Shown: positions 45,403 through 56,798 of the stretch, one piece after another
How the letters are laid out: the number at the start of each line of letters is the position of its first letter
Position numbering within the stretch: the first letter of the stretch is position 1
From: Oculina patagonica
Lineage: Eukaryota
Direction: 5' to 3'
Length of the DNA: 64,000 nt
Assembly (NCBI RefSeq): GCF_052425735.1
Contig: NC_135768.1
Coordinates: 4,526,001-4,590,000 of the forward strand
Notes under the pieces: model-generated
Seen by the model: the letters and a program-made list of their open reading frames with translations, nothing else
Told to the model about the DNA's origin: nothing
Database searches by the model: none
Position numbers and translations under genes: made by a program

Positions 45403-45861
45403 TTAGAGACCTTTAGCTTCAGGTTTTTTTTGGGAAACTGCAAACCGCAAACTGCAGTTTGCGGTTAGACGTTTGCAGTTTCAGGTTGCCAGGGTTTCGA
45501 ATTTTAGCAAGGCGTTCGACTTCGAAGTACGTGTTTCGTTCTGCCTTGTTGTTTTTTGTCAAGTCGAAGTGCTTCACTTTCATCGCCTATAAAATCGAAT
45601 AATTCTTTGATTCAAGTTCAACAATTTAACTAGCACATTGCACACAGGTAAAGAGAATTATTTGTTGCCTTTAAACGTGAGGCTGTACAATTTTTAATGG
45701 CAAAAAACCTTGCCGTAAATCGCTTACCGCTAGAAGCCCTTCCTGCCGTTCAAACGTGAACTGCAAACTGCAAACGCGACCGCGAGACCGTGGTCACGTG
45801 ACATCCTCAGGTTTGCGGTTTGCGGTTTCTCATAAAAAAACCTGATGCTTAATGTCTCTAT
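45403..45861. mobile_element. MITE with long TIRs
   Basis: tagagac.tt.agc.tcaggttttttt..gaaac.gcaaaccgcaaac at both ends. Confidence 0.75.
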
Positions 45862-48101
45862 TATTCATACAGTAATTTAAAAATGTATTGTTCCATTTTC
45901 TCTCGGCTTCTCTATACTCTAAATTTGTTTAAAATGTACATTGTATGAACAAAAAACCGTAAACACCGTTTTTTCCTTATTTTCGATCATTTGTTCTCAA
46001 CTTCCGATAACTCGAACTCCCGATAACTCGAACCTTTTTCAATTTCCCTTGAAGGTTCGAGTTATCGTGAGTCGTAGTCTATCGAGTGTATCGCACATTT
46101 AAGGTCTCCGCATATGTGCCGACACACTGTACAATAGCGAAGCGCGCGAAGTTTAGAATGCAAATGATTATACCCCACGAGGCTCAGAAAACATCAGTGT
46201 GTTCCGAGAGAAATAGAGGAAATGTAGGCGAAGTTTTCGTTTCAATTAAGTGTTTTAGGGACACCGGCTGTTTTAGAAATTGTTTTAGGAAAATCGTCCG
46301 CCATTCTGCTTTGTTTGTCTGCGTCTTGTCTGAGTCATGACGCCGTCACTCGCGCGCTTTGCTATTACTTCTCCGTACTTCTCTGTGGAAATATTATGGG
46401 TTGCTTCTGTACACCGTCACGTGGCTAGGCGTTTGTCGATTGTGCTCGGAAAAATGGCATAGCAGTGCTCAGAATTTTTGGAAATTATGCTAGTTTCTCT
46501 AAATTATGCTACTTGTTTTTACAGAACAGGGCAAATAAAGACAACACAAGGAGCAAACCCTCATTTACTGATTGCAGGTTAGTTTTAAATGAATATCCAA
46601 CAATGTATCGTTACATGTCATACATATCATCTGCAGTTGTAACTTTATTCTTCAAAATCAGCAAAACGCTCATCTTTTTATTAAAAACTTCAACCAAGAT
46701 TCGTCAAATAGTCAAGCTGAGGATGACCTTAATACTCTTATAATCGTATATTATATTATAGACTTGCCCCAAGTCGCTCGTTTTTTCTTTGTATCTATAG
46801 TTACTTGAATAAAATCACTTTGAAATCGAACGCGAAAGACCACAGTGTACTTGAGTAAAATCGCCTTTGATATCGCGCACGAGAGATCGCGCGGGATTTA
46901 TTTGTATGAACGCGCGCGCGATGGAAAACAAATTACACTTAACGAGGAAAAGCTCGTTCCGCCACGATCCTCCGAACAAAACTCGTCGGCAAACATGACG
47001 TCATAGATATCTTCACGATTTTTCTAAATCTTTGTTATTTAAACAAATTTTCCCCTTAATATGTTATTTAGATACTTCTTTTGCTGTAAGTTGCATAAAA
47101 CAGCTTGAAAATGTTACCCTCAAAGGGAAATTAGCATATATTTAGAGAAATTCTCTTGATTAGAAGCAGCGTTTTGGATTTTTTGGAGCAACTTTCGAGC
47201 AACTTTTATTATCAGAAGCAACTTTTTTGGATTTTTGGAGCAACTTTTGAGCAACTTTTTGAGAAATTACGGGCAACTTTTTGGGAAATCTCGAGCAACT
47301 TGTGGAAAGCCCTAAGCGCGCGAGGCCTAGAAATAGAATGCAAATGAATATAACACCAACGAGGCTCAGAAAACATCAGCGTGTTCTGAGAGAAATAGAA
47401 GGAATCTAGGCGAAGTTTTCGTTTTATGAAAGTGTTTTAGGTACACCGGCTGTTTTGGAAAGTGTTTTAGGAATTTCGGTTTGTTTGTCTGAGTCTTGTC
47501 TGAGTCGTGACGTCACTCGTACGGTTTGCTATAGTTAACAAAAGTTTTAGAAACAGAATAATAAAAAAGCATATTCAAAACGAAACTACGTTTCATTTCT
47601 TTTCAATTCATGACTTGAAAGTCAAAAAAGCCAGATTATGCTTGCAGGGCTAATTTTGGATAAAAGCTAAAAATTATGCTCGGTCTGCTTAATCAAATTA
47701 TGCTAGCATAATCGACAAATGCCTTCGTGAAACACTCTTCCCCATGGTAAACACCCCTGGTTTATCTTGTGACCTAAGTACCGCAACACCTAAGCTATTG
47801 CCTAAAAGAAATTGATAAAATTGGCAAAAAATGTAGAGCCCGTTTCTAATTCAACTTGCGCAGGAATAAAACGAGCTTTCTCTTAGCTGCCGCCACAGAG
47901 CAATTACTCCGGTCAGTGAAGATTTTAATGGGTTGCTTTCGTATACCGTCACGTAGCAAAGAGTGCAACGATTGCGTGACAGCACAAGTTGAAATTTACA
48001 TCTTGTCGACAAAATTATTTAAAAGGTCAATAAAACCTGTGGCAGCAGACTGAAAATCATTCTATACGCTTTCACAGATTAGACTAAATAAGCCAAGGAA
48101 A

Positions 48102-49349
48102 ATGGTTTTTAAATCAAAACAGCCTCTGAAATTTTCCAAGTTTCTGAAGTCAAAATGGCTGACAGACGTTAAGGATCACGAGTTGAAGAAACGAACAATA
48201 GTGGTCAACATCTCCAACACGGATGCCATGATTTCTGGCCCGGAGCCTCGCAAAGTTTTGCCACCGCGAAAGTCGACCATTTTGCAAGGTAAGAACACGG
48301 CCGTTTTACACTAGTTATGGCCAACACTCCATACAAACGGCATTTTAATTCATTTATTCAATAAAGGCACTGTACAGGCAATATGAGTTTCAAGTACATG
48401 TTTTCGTGCACGAAAATTGAGGCTTGATATTTAATAGCATTTTTCTGCCAAAGACGCTCCGCTGAAGGAAAGCAAGAGGAGAAGCGCTTTGTGTCCTTTG
48501 TGAATTGATTAAGATAAATTTAATGCTTTAATGCACTTGTAAAGTACATTTTAAAAATTTATTGGAACAATGGAACACTAATTCTGTTTCGCACGTTTAC
48601 ATTGTTATAAGCGAGTCTCGTTTGACCTCTGGCTAAACACCGTCCATTGCACGTTTTGCTCAATTTGCAGGCGTATAGGAGTAACAAACGGCGTTTTCTG
48701 TTTTCCACGATTTAAATCTTTAACAAACTAATATTTCCAATGTTAAGTATCTAATAAACAAAATTTTCAAGATGAAAAATTTCCACCTTTTTAAAAATTA
48801 TTTTTATGCCACGTCGTAGGTGTAAGCATCATTAGCGCCCAGTCCCTTGTGCTGATCAACGTCCCGACGGAAACCAACATCGGTGGCATGGTACTAGAAG
48901 ATGGCTGGTGTCAGCTGACAGAACAGGACCCGACTTACCCGAGGGATGTCCCGTTGTACAAATCCCCGCAGTTTGATGTTGGCTCGGTTGAATTTGACCC
49001 TTACATAGTGAGCGGATCAGAAAAGCTGAGCTCGGGGGGCGCTGCTAAGAAGTACAACATCAAGGTGAACGTGTGGTTTTGTCCGGCAAAAACCAACTGT
49101 GGAATCCATAACCACCACACTGATCCAGAAATGCTTGAGGTCCATACGCAGATTTATGGCACGGGAAGAATGCAAAAGTTTCGCGAGAACGACTTCAAGA
49201 GCATCTATGAAGATGTGATGATGAGTCCTGGCTTCACCCATGATCCCTTCGCTGGCGTCAAGGAAAATGGCGACATCTTCTATGGCTGGCATCAGTACTA
49301 CTCTGATACCGATTGCATCTGGATGGCAATCGAACACCACCCGGCTTAA
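48102..49349 (+). CDS. Two-exon cupin-fold metalloprotein, copy A (exons 48102-48288, 48820-49349; 238 aa); AUDH-cupin-like
   Basis: CAAG|gtaaga ... cgtag|GTGTA joins in frame. Motif CGIHNHH..EVHTQIYGTG..THDPF..YGWHQY..DCIWMAIEH. Exon lengths (187/530 nt) are identical in the paralogue. Confidence 0.88.
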
Positions 49350-51328
49350 CTCGGTAAAAAATCGGAAAAGTTCGGAGAAAACTCTGCCGATCTTAAACAG
49401 CAAATATGGACGTAGCTGGGGAACAAAAATTCGTGATTATTTACTGAACATTGCTACACCAGAACTTTAGTTTAGTTTGTTCACAGTTCTTTGAACATGG
49501 ACAGTAGAATATTTTTCAGTTGGTTAATTAAACAACAGAACTCTTATATGTACTCTTGTCATTACAAAGATTATTAACAGAAATTATTTGAAGTTAAGTT
49601 AGAGTACTGGCTGCCAGGAATAACCATACAGGCTAGTGGAGGCAGGCAGCCAGTTGGCATTAGCATTAAATGGAAATAAATTACAGGTCGGCAAGATAGC
49701 ACAATAAGATAGCATTAATAGTTAAAAATAGTATAGAAACCAGAAGAATGGAAATTAACAAAATTTCATGTATTTCAAAATTCTGTCAAGTGTTATATCA
49801 ATTGTGTGGGTTAAGCTACGAAATATCTTGTATCTCATATACCTGGAATGAAATAAAAATTTACCCTTTTTGTTCGAAATATTGTAACTGGCGCTGTCTG
49901 AGGACATTATGATAGGAAAATTTAGGTACCAAAATAATGAAAAGACCACTCGTACAAACGGCAGCGAAGTGAAGCCGTATCTTGGCGTAGATCAGGATCA
50001 GCAATACAGAGTAAAACGATAAACCAAATGCAAGGCTGATCGGACAGCTAAAAACGCTAAATAAATTATTGGGCAATAAAATTTATTTAGCCTTTTTAGC
50101 TGTCCGATCAGCCTTGCATTTAGGAAGAATCAGGCCTTCTTCTTTGACTAATCACGCAGTCTTTGTTGGAGGGCAAAGAATGTGTGACGTGCAAAAAGGC
50201 CCCCTACGCGCAAGGCGAATGAGAAACGCGCGTCACGCGTAACAAAATGTGCTGCATGTTTTGTACTGCCTTACAAACCGATCAGGTGGTACAAAATCCG
50301 CTATGGCGTTCTCGGCTCGTTAATGCCTGGACTCTATGCTTTTCAGTGAGGTCACTGACTTCGCACGAAATCGCGCGTGAACGACCGCTTGAACAACGAG
50401 ATCCCAGTTCGAGGCTTTGCGCAGTTAACGAAACAAGAGAGAACGACTAGGTTCTAGGCTGGGACTTAAAGGTCCCAAAAACAAAAAGTCTTCAACTGCT
50501 TCAACTTGACAAGCTTCATGAAGAAAGCTCATTGTTATGTAGAGATCTTGTTTAGACATTGTTAGGGTGGGGTGGGGTGGGAACGCTTTACGGTTCTGAG
50601 TATACAAAAAGAGAAAAAACTGCCTGTGTAAACCGATCCTACTCCGAACACCAAAGTTAAGTCAAATGAAAATTGCTTTGCTCATTTCCCCATCCTGAGA
50701 GGGGGTGGGGTTGGGGTAGGGGGGGGGGGATGGACTCCTATACAAGGGAAGCGATCATAACGACTGACTCGAGGAGGATCCGCCTAGTTTAGGAGTAGGG
50801 GGTATTCAAATCATCGCCTATCTGGTAAACCCCATGAACAAAACTTAACCGTCTGAAAGTTTGAGACGATACATTAAGATCTTGCTTGTATAAAACTTTC
50901 ATTGCTCTGAAAACAATAAAGAGGATTTTGAATTTAAAATTTGTTTCTCAGTCTTCTCTCCTTGTAAAGAAGGGGCTATGCAAGCAAGATGCAATGTTGA
51001 GCACAGTGTCGAAAACGACCATCATCTTTCTGTGATAAAATGGGCCCTGTCCTACTTCTGTTCCGAACACAATAGCTGTGACCACTTCTCTTAACAAGAG
51101 TGATCGTTCGAAATCAGTTGAAAACGACCCCGGATAGGTATCAGAATGTCTATTGAACAACTGAAATGGTTTTAGTAATTCATTCATATGCGGTTCATAT
51201 GTCTTTTTTTATAATAATCAACTCGGGAACAGTTTCTCAGCCGCATTTATATTTATTCTGTTCAACTCGAAGCTTACAAGACACAAGCCATTATTGTTTA
51301 TTACATCTATCGAGTGGTATTAGTATTC

Positions 51329-51572
51329 TAAGGCCCCGTCCACACTGACCCGGGTAAATTTGAAAACGGAGAAATTTAAAAACACCGCGTAAAATGTTTT
51401 ACGTCTACATTAACCCGGGTAAATTTGAAACGATACGCTTCTTTGGTGAGCGTTTTTGAAAAGCTCCGTTTTCGGTGACCGAAAACCCCGGTTCAGTATG
51501 GACGGTTGGCCTAACCGGGGGAAAAAAAGATGCGTTTTCAAATTTACCCGGGTCAGTGTGGACGGGGCCTAA
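51329..51572. mobile_element. Harbinger-type MITE
   Basis: ~38-bp perfect TIR aggccccgtccacactgacccgggtaaatttgaaaacg. Confidence 0.85.
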
Positions 51573-51834
51573 AACAGGGCGTACTATTTTTCTTATCCTT
51601 CCTAGATGAAACTTCCAAACGATGGTAACCGAGCCTTATTACGTTGTAATACAAGTGTATATACTAAATAATGAAATGAAAGGATGGGAAAGATAAAGTA
51701 ATTCTGAAACTTTCTATGTCCCCAAAAGATACTTAAAAAGCTAAATAAAATTCTGAAAAATCCCGATTTTTAACTATGAGTTACTTGGTTTCCATTTTAC
51801 GAATGAATCCCGAACATTGCCGACTTTTACCGAA

Positions 51835-54800
51835 TTAAGCCGGGTGGTGTTCGATTGCCATCCAGATGCAATCGGTATCAGAGTAGTACTGATGCCAGCC
51901 ATAGAAGATGTCGCCATTTTCCTTGACACCAGCAAAGGGATCATGGGTAAAGCCAGGACTCATCATAACATCTTCATAGATGCTCTTGAAGTGGTTCTCG
52001 CGAAACTTTTGCATTCTTCCCGTGCCATAAATCTGCGTATGGACCTCAAGCATTTCTGGATCAGTGTGGTGGTTATGGATACCACAGTTGGTTTTCGCCG
52101 GACAAAACCACACGTTCACTTTGATGTTGTACTTCTTAACAGCGCCCCCCGAGCCTGGCTTTTTTGATCCGCTCACTATGTAAGGGTCAAATTCAACCGA
52201 GCCAACATCAAACTGTGGGGATTTGTACAACGGGGCATCCCTCGGGTAAGTCGGGTCCTGTTCTGTCAGCTGACACCAGCCATCTTCTAGCACCATTCCA
52301 CCGATGTTGGTTTCCATCGGGACGTTGATCAGTACAAGGGACTCGGCGCTAGTGATGCTTACACCTAAGGAAACAAAGTACGCCATTTTGTCAGTTTGGT
52401 GTACTTTACCCTGCATGCACCGCGTAATACTTACAAGAGAAAATTCATCAATTTTATTTTACAAGTCAATGTATCAAGTGAACTAAAACATAATCAAGGA
52501 ACACTGTTACCAATAGTGATCTTGACCTGTTCGCTTACAGGCAGAATTTTAAAGCTGTTACCAAAAGGACAATTGTCATAAACGAGTTGATGGACCCCCC
52601 ACGGTTTACGTTTTAAGAAGGCAAATCAAAGATATTTTGCATTAAGTTGATAGCCCTGCACTGCTTGATTTGCAAGATTGCATAATTTTTGTTGTGTGAC
52701 GTCGTAAGACGTCATTAATTCCGTCATCTTGGATTTTACTTTTTTCAGGAAGTCAAAAAATGACACAAATTGATACAAGATGAAGTCAAGATACTAATTG
52801 AATATAAAACTGTACCAATTCTCCATTTTTTCTTAAGAGAACAAAAAAAATTAAGAACTATTATTATTCGAAATTTGGCTAAACCTGCATATCAAAATGT
52901 GGTTGCCATGGCAATGTAACACACAGCTGACACATCAAAATGCTGGCAAGGGATAAAAGAACAGTTACTGAGAGTTTAAGAATCAAAGAGTAAATTCCCT
53001 TTTCAAAATTTTGAAAAAATCTTGGGGGGGGGGGGGTGGCATCTAATTATCCGATCTACATTTTTGTACCGAAAAATGTTCCGTAACGATATTGCTGTAA
53101 CTTTGTTTTTTTGTTATATCTTGTTGGCGTTGCTTAGGACAAAAATCGCATATCTTAAGTTTGTCTCAGTAAGTGTAAGATATTTGCTATGCATTTTATT
53201 GTACGACTAATCGAATTTAATCACTTAAGACAGCCAATCAGAATACTCTATTGCCGGTCTTATATTTTTTAAGTGTCGGACCGGAAAGAGCTATTGTGTA
53301 ACTTTCAAGAGATCAAACAAGATTAAACCGCAAGGTCGTTAGAGGTTTGTCACGAAACCATGCTGGCCTTTTGCTGGCCTTTACTTTCTTTATCGTCGAG
53401 ATTCGCTCCAGGCAGACGTGCACTTGTAACTCGACAAAACGTCAGAGGTCGACTTGAGGCAAGTCAGAGTCAAGTAAATACAATAAAAACCCGCAAACCT
53501 AGTTTTTTTCCAGGTTAGCCTAAACAGATTTTTACATAAAGGGTAGTTAACACAAATTTAGGCTGTTTAGGTTCTTAATAGGTTCTTATTTTCGAGGAAA
53601 AATTTACATTGTTGCTAATAGAACTTTAAGTGACATTCAGCCTATTATTTGTATAAAATTTGCATACAACACAAGTGTTTATGTAAAAATGAAGCACTAA
53701 TCATTCAGAACACGACATTGTATACATATACAATAAAGCGTTGTCCAAACGTATTTTCCCAAAAGTGAACATTTATCATTTTTGGTCATACATTTAACTG
53801 CGACAATTTGTACTTCAAAACGTCAAAGTCACTTCAAAACACGGCCTATTACATAAAATGGCCTCGAGCGGATTTCCCAGCGCATTTCAATGTATGCCTT
53901 AATTTTTTCAATGCTTGGAGTATTGCTTCAAAAACATGAACTCTTCTAGCACTGCAATTAAACAACTTTTCAAAGCTTTTTCACAAGGGCAATAATTGGC
54001 CAATTAAGTTTCAAGTTTGTCGCTTGTAACCGTCTTAATGTTCCCTCGTTTAAACCATCCTTAATTATTTTCGGTTCATTATTAGTTCTTTGGTGTTTTT
54101 TCTACCGTAGAAACTCTCTCCTCCGCAGAGGCCTCTTTCGTGGGGGAAGGCGAAAAAACACGGGGGGAGGAAGGCGAAAAACACGAAAAATGAAAAATAG
54201 GGGGAGCGCGGGGACCGACGGGAAGGGCGAAGGAGCGGAGGCCTGAGATCTCGCTCCTTTCCTTTCCCCTTCCCAGTGTGCCCCGCGCGCTTTCGTTTCG
54301 ATTCTCTCCAGGCTCCGCGCGCTTACTTTTCACCTCTCCCCGTTCCTCTCCCTACTATTTCCCAGCCCGAAACACGAAAGAGACCTCTGCGGAGGAGAGA
54401 GCCGTAGAAATCAATTTTTTAGGTTCTGTTCAATTTGAAAGTGATTTTGTACATCAGAAAAATAACTTACAATATCGTCACAGACCTCCTTTAAAAACTT
54501 ATATAACATAAGATAATATTTATTTATACTATTTTTATAGTTAAAATACATATACAAAAATGCAATAACGTTGTCATTGAGAAAAGAATCAAAGGCCCTT
54601 CGAGCAACCTCATGGTAATTCGGTGAAGTGCCGTCCTTCACTTTTTTTTCAAATAAGCGTTCAATAATGTAACGGTCTCACTTTATTTACCTTTAAATAC
54701 TTATTTTTTATGTGTGAGTGGCATCAATGGGACACTGATGCTTTGTGCTCTCCGGCTCCGTAGCGCAGATTCTATTTTTTTCACCACCAAAATAAAGTGT

Positions 54801-56798
54801 AACCTTTGAATATGTTTTTTACAGTCTTGGATGCGCTGAAGTGCGTTTTCAATTACTTTTCTGTCAGTACATATATTGTATACGTACCGGGCAGCGACAA
54901 GCGTTATTTTTGAGCAGCCGATGAAATTTGAGAGAAAGATGCACCTGAGCACGTCGTGTTTCTGCTCGCCTCAAAAAGATGAAAAACGGATGACGTGACA
55001 CGAGATGACGTTACGCGAAACAGAAACGTGCTATGGAACTCGTGTTTTTCCAGTGAGCTGAAACGTTTATTAAATCATGTCACATGCGAAACTGGATGTA
55101 TTTTGTACCTGCTTTCAGTATTAAAGTCACAATCTCACTTTATTTCCATTTTTGGATGTTTTCTTTTCATCACGGGAGTTGCGTGAATGGGTCATTGATT
55201 GTTTGTGCGCTCAGGCTTCGTAGAGCGATTTTTTTTACCACTGAAAACGGATGACGTGACGCAAAACAAAAACGTGCCGCGATAGCTGAAACGTTTATTA
55301 AATCACGTCACCTGGCAAGCGAATTTGCATGTATCTCATACCTGCCATCAGTAAGTCACAATCTCACTTCATTTGCCTCTTTGAATGTTTTTTTCTTTCT
55401 CATGGGAGTTGCGAGAATGGGTCATTGATGGCTTGTGCTCTCAGGCTTCGTAGAGCGAATTTTTTCACTACTAGAATAAAGTGTAATAACCCTTGATCCC
55501 CTTTCGCATTTAGAAAAATTTCTTTTGTAAATATTGATCAACCTCGTTTCCGAAGAGAGCGATCTTGGGAATGAGGTTGGAGAATAATTTGTTTTTGATT
55601 GACATGTGCTTGATGTGTTTAAAGGACCTTTCTGTCAGCACGTTTACCGCTTAACGCATAAATTAATTGCGGTTTGATATCAGAATGGAGTGAGTGAGTG
55701 AAATTAAAGTCTCAAAAGTCATTTTAATACCTTCATTACCATTCGGTAAAAATGAAGACAGGCAAATAAGAATAAATTAAGCGCACGTTTAAAATTCACC
55801 CGAAAAAATGGCCTTAAAACATCTCAAATGCACATAAATCAATTTATCTTATTACCTGATTAATAAGTGTACAGGATTAACTTGTGAGTTTCCTGTAAAT
55901 GCTACCAGTTATGATGATTAATTTACCTTTTTTCATGTTTCTCTTTGATGCAAAAGTTATTGCAATTAGGTGCAACTTGATTTTTTAGTTTAAATTTGGT
56001 GGGGTTGAGGTGACATACACCGAGCTAGTGTTTTTTTTATTTTAGTTTTCTGAAGCTGACTGGCTTTCGAGCAAAATGAAATACCTCACGGAAAGAAGTG
56101 AAAACAGTTTTTTCATTCCCTTCTTCGCGGTTTGGGAATAATCAAGAAATGAAAATTTAAAATTGATATTTATTCATTTATATCAGCGCGCCTTGCGTTA
56201 TATTGAACACAGCTTTGTAAGGATGGCGACTAGGGAAAACTACACTCTTTTTTATAACAACCTTTTTTTATAAGAACGTCGAGGCCGAAACAAGGCGAAA
56301 ATTTAAGGACATCCTAAAAACGTACCCAAGGCTCAAAGACATGTACTAAATGAATCAATTTTTATTCAAATCCAAACTTTAACCAACATAGTCATCAACC
56401 ATTGCGAACATGAACATGCACATATCGGTTAGGAATGAATTTACTGCAATACCACTTTGTTTTTAAACGTTAATAAATAAAAACATTAAAAACCTTTTTG
56501 GGCTCAAATCCTCGAAATAATTAAGAACGTTGAGTCTCGGCAAAAAAATTAGACGTTCTTATGTACAGCAAAAAGAGTGTACAGTGTTATATTAATTATC
56601 TGCGGTATTACCTTCAAGTATAGTTGATTTTCTTGGGTACAAAACTTTGCGAGGCTCCGGGCCAGAAATAATGGCATCGGTGTTGGAGATATTGACAACT
56701 ATTGTCGGTTTCTTCAACTCGTGGTCTTTCACGTCTGTCAGCCATTTTGACTTCAGAAACTTGGAAAATTTCAGGGGTTGTTTTGATTTAAAAACCAT
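51835..56798 (-). CDS. Two-exon cupin-fold metalloprotein, copy B (exons 56798-56612, 52364-51835; 238 aa); AUDH-cupin-like
   Basis: GAAG|gtaata ... ccttag|GTGTA; same intron position and phase as copy A; 13 of 238 aa differ from A; in-frame stop upstream of the ATG. Confidence 0.88.
54114..54401. mobile_element. Palindromic MITE with 9-bp TSD in the intron of cupin copy B
   Basis: TIR ctctctcctccgcagagg; TSD CCGTAGAAA. Confidence 0.88.
56241..56581. mobile_element. TA-flanked MITE next to the exon-1B donor; contains the duplication breakpoint
   Basis: TIR tacactcttttt / aaaaagagtgta; only its last ~20 bp recur at 59661. Confidence 0.7.

Larger units (their letters stand above)
43782..46080. 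mobile_element. Tigger/pogo-like element carrying nested MITEs
   Basis: tacagttgaatctcgataactcgaacc / ggttcgagttatcgtgagtcg termini. Confidence 0.6.

Noticed and set aside
48820-49349. Assignment as a cupin DMSP lyase (DddL/Q/W/K)
   Set aside because: Attractive for a coral, but I see no family-specific motif support. Only a generic His/Glu cupin site is shared.
49017-49403. Antisense ORFs over cupin exons (also 51817-52167, 56647-56958, 59854-60150)
   Set aside because: Shadow frames of the real CDS. The synonymous substitution pattern supports the cupin frame.
48102-52416. Bacterial contamination as source of the cupin ORFs
   Set aside because: Both copies have a GT-AG intron at the same position and sit among host MITEs.
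51835-52416. Single-exon ORF calls (193 aa from MQGKVH; 166 aa from GTG 48849)
   Set aside because: Similarity between copies stops exactly at the splice acceptors, so the extra N-terminal residues are intronic.
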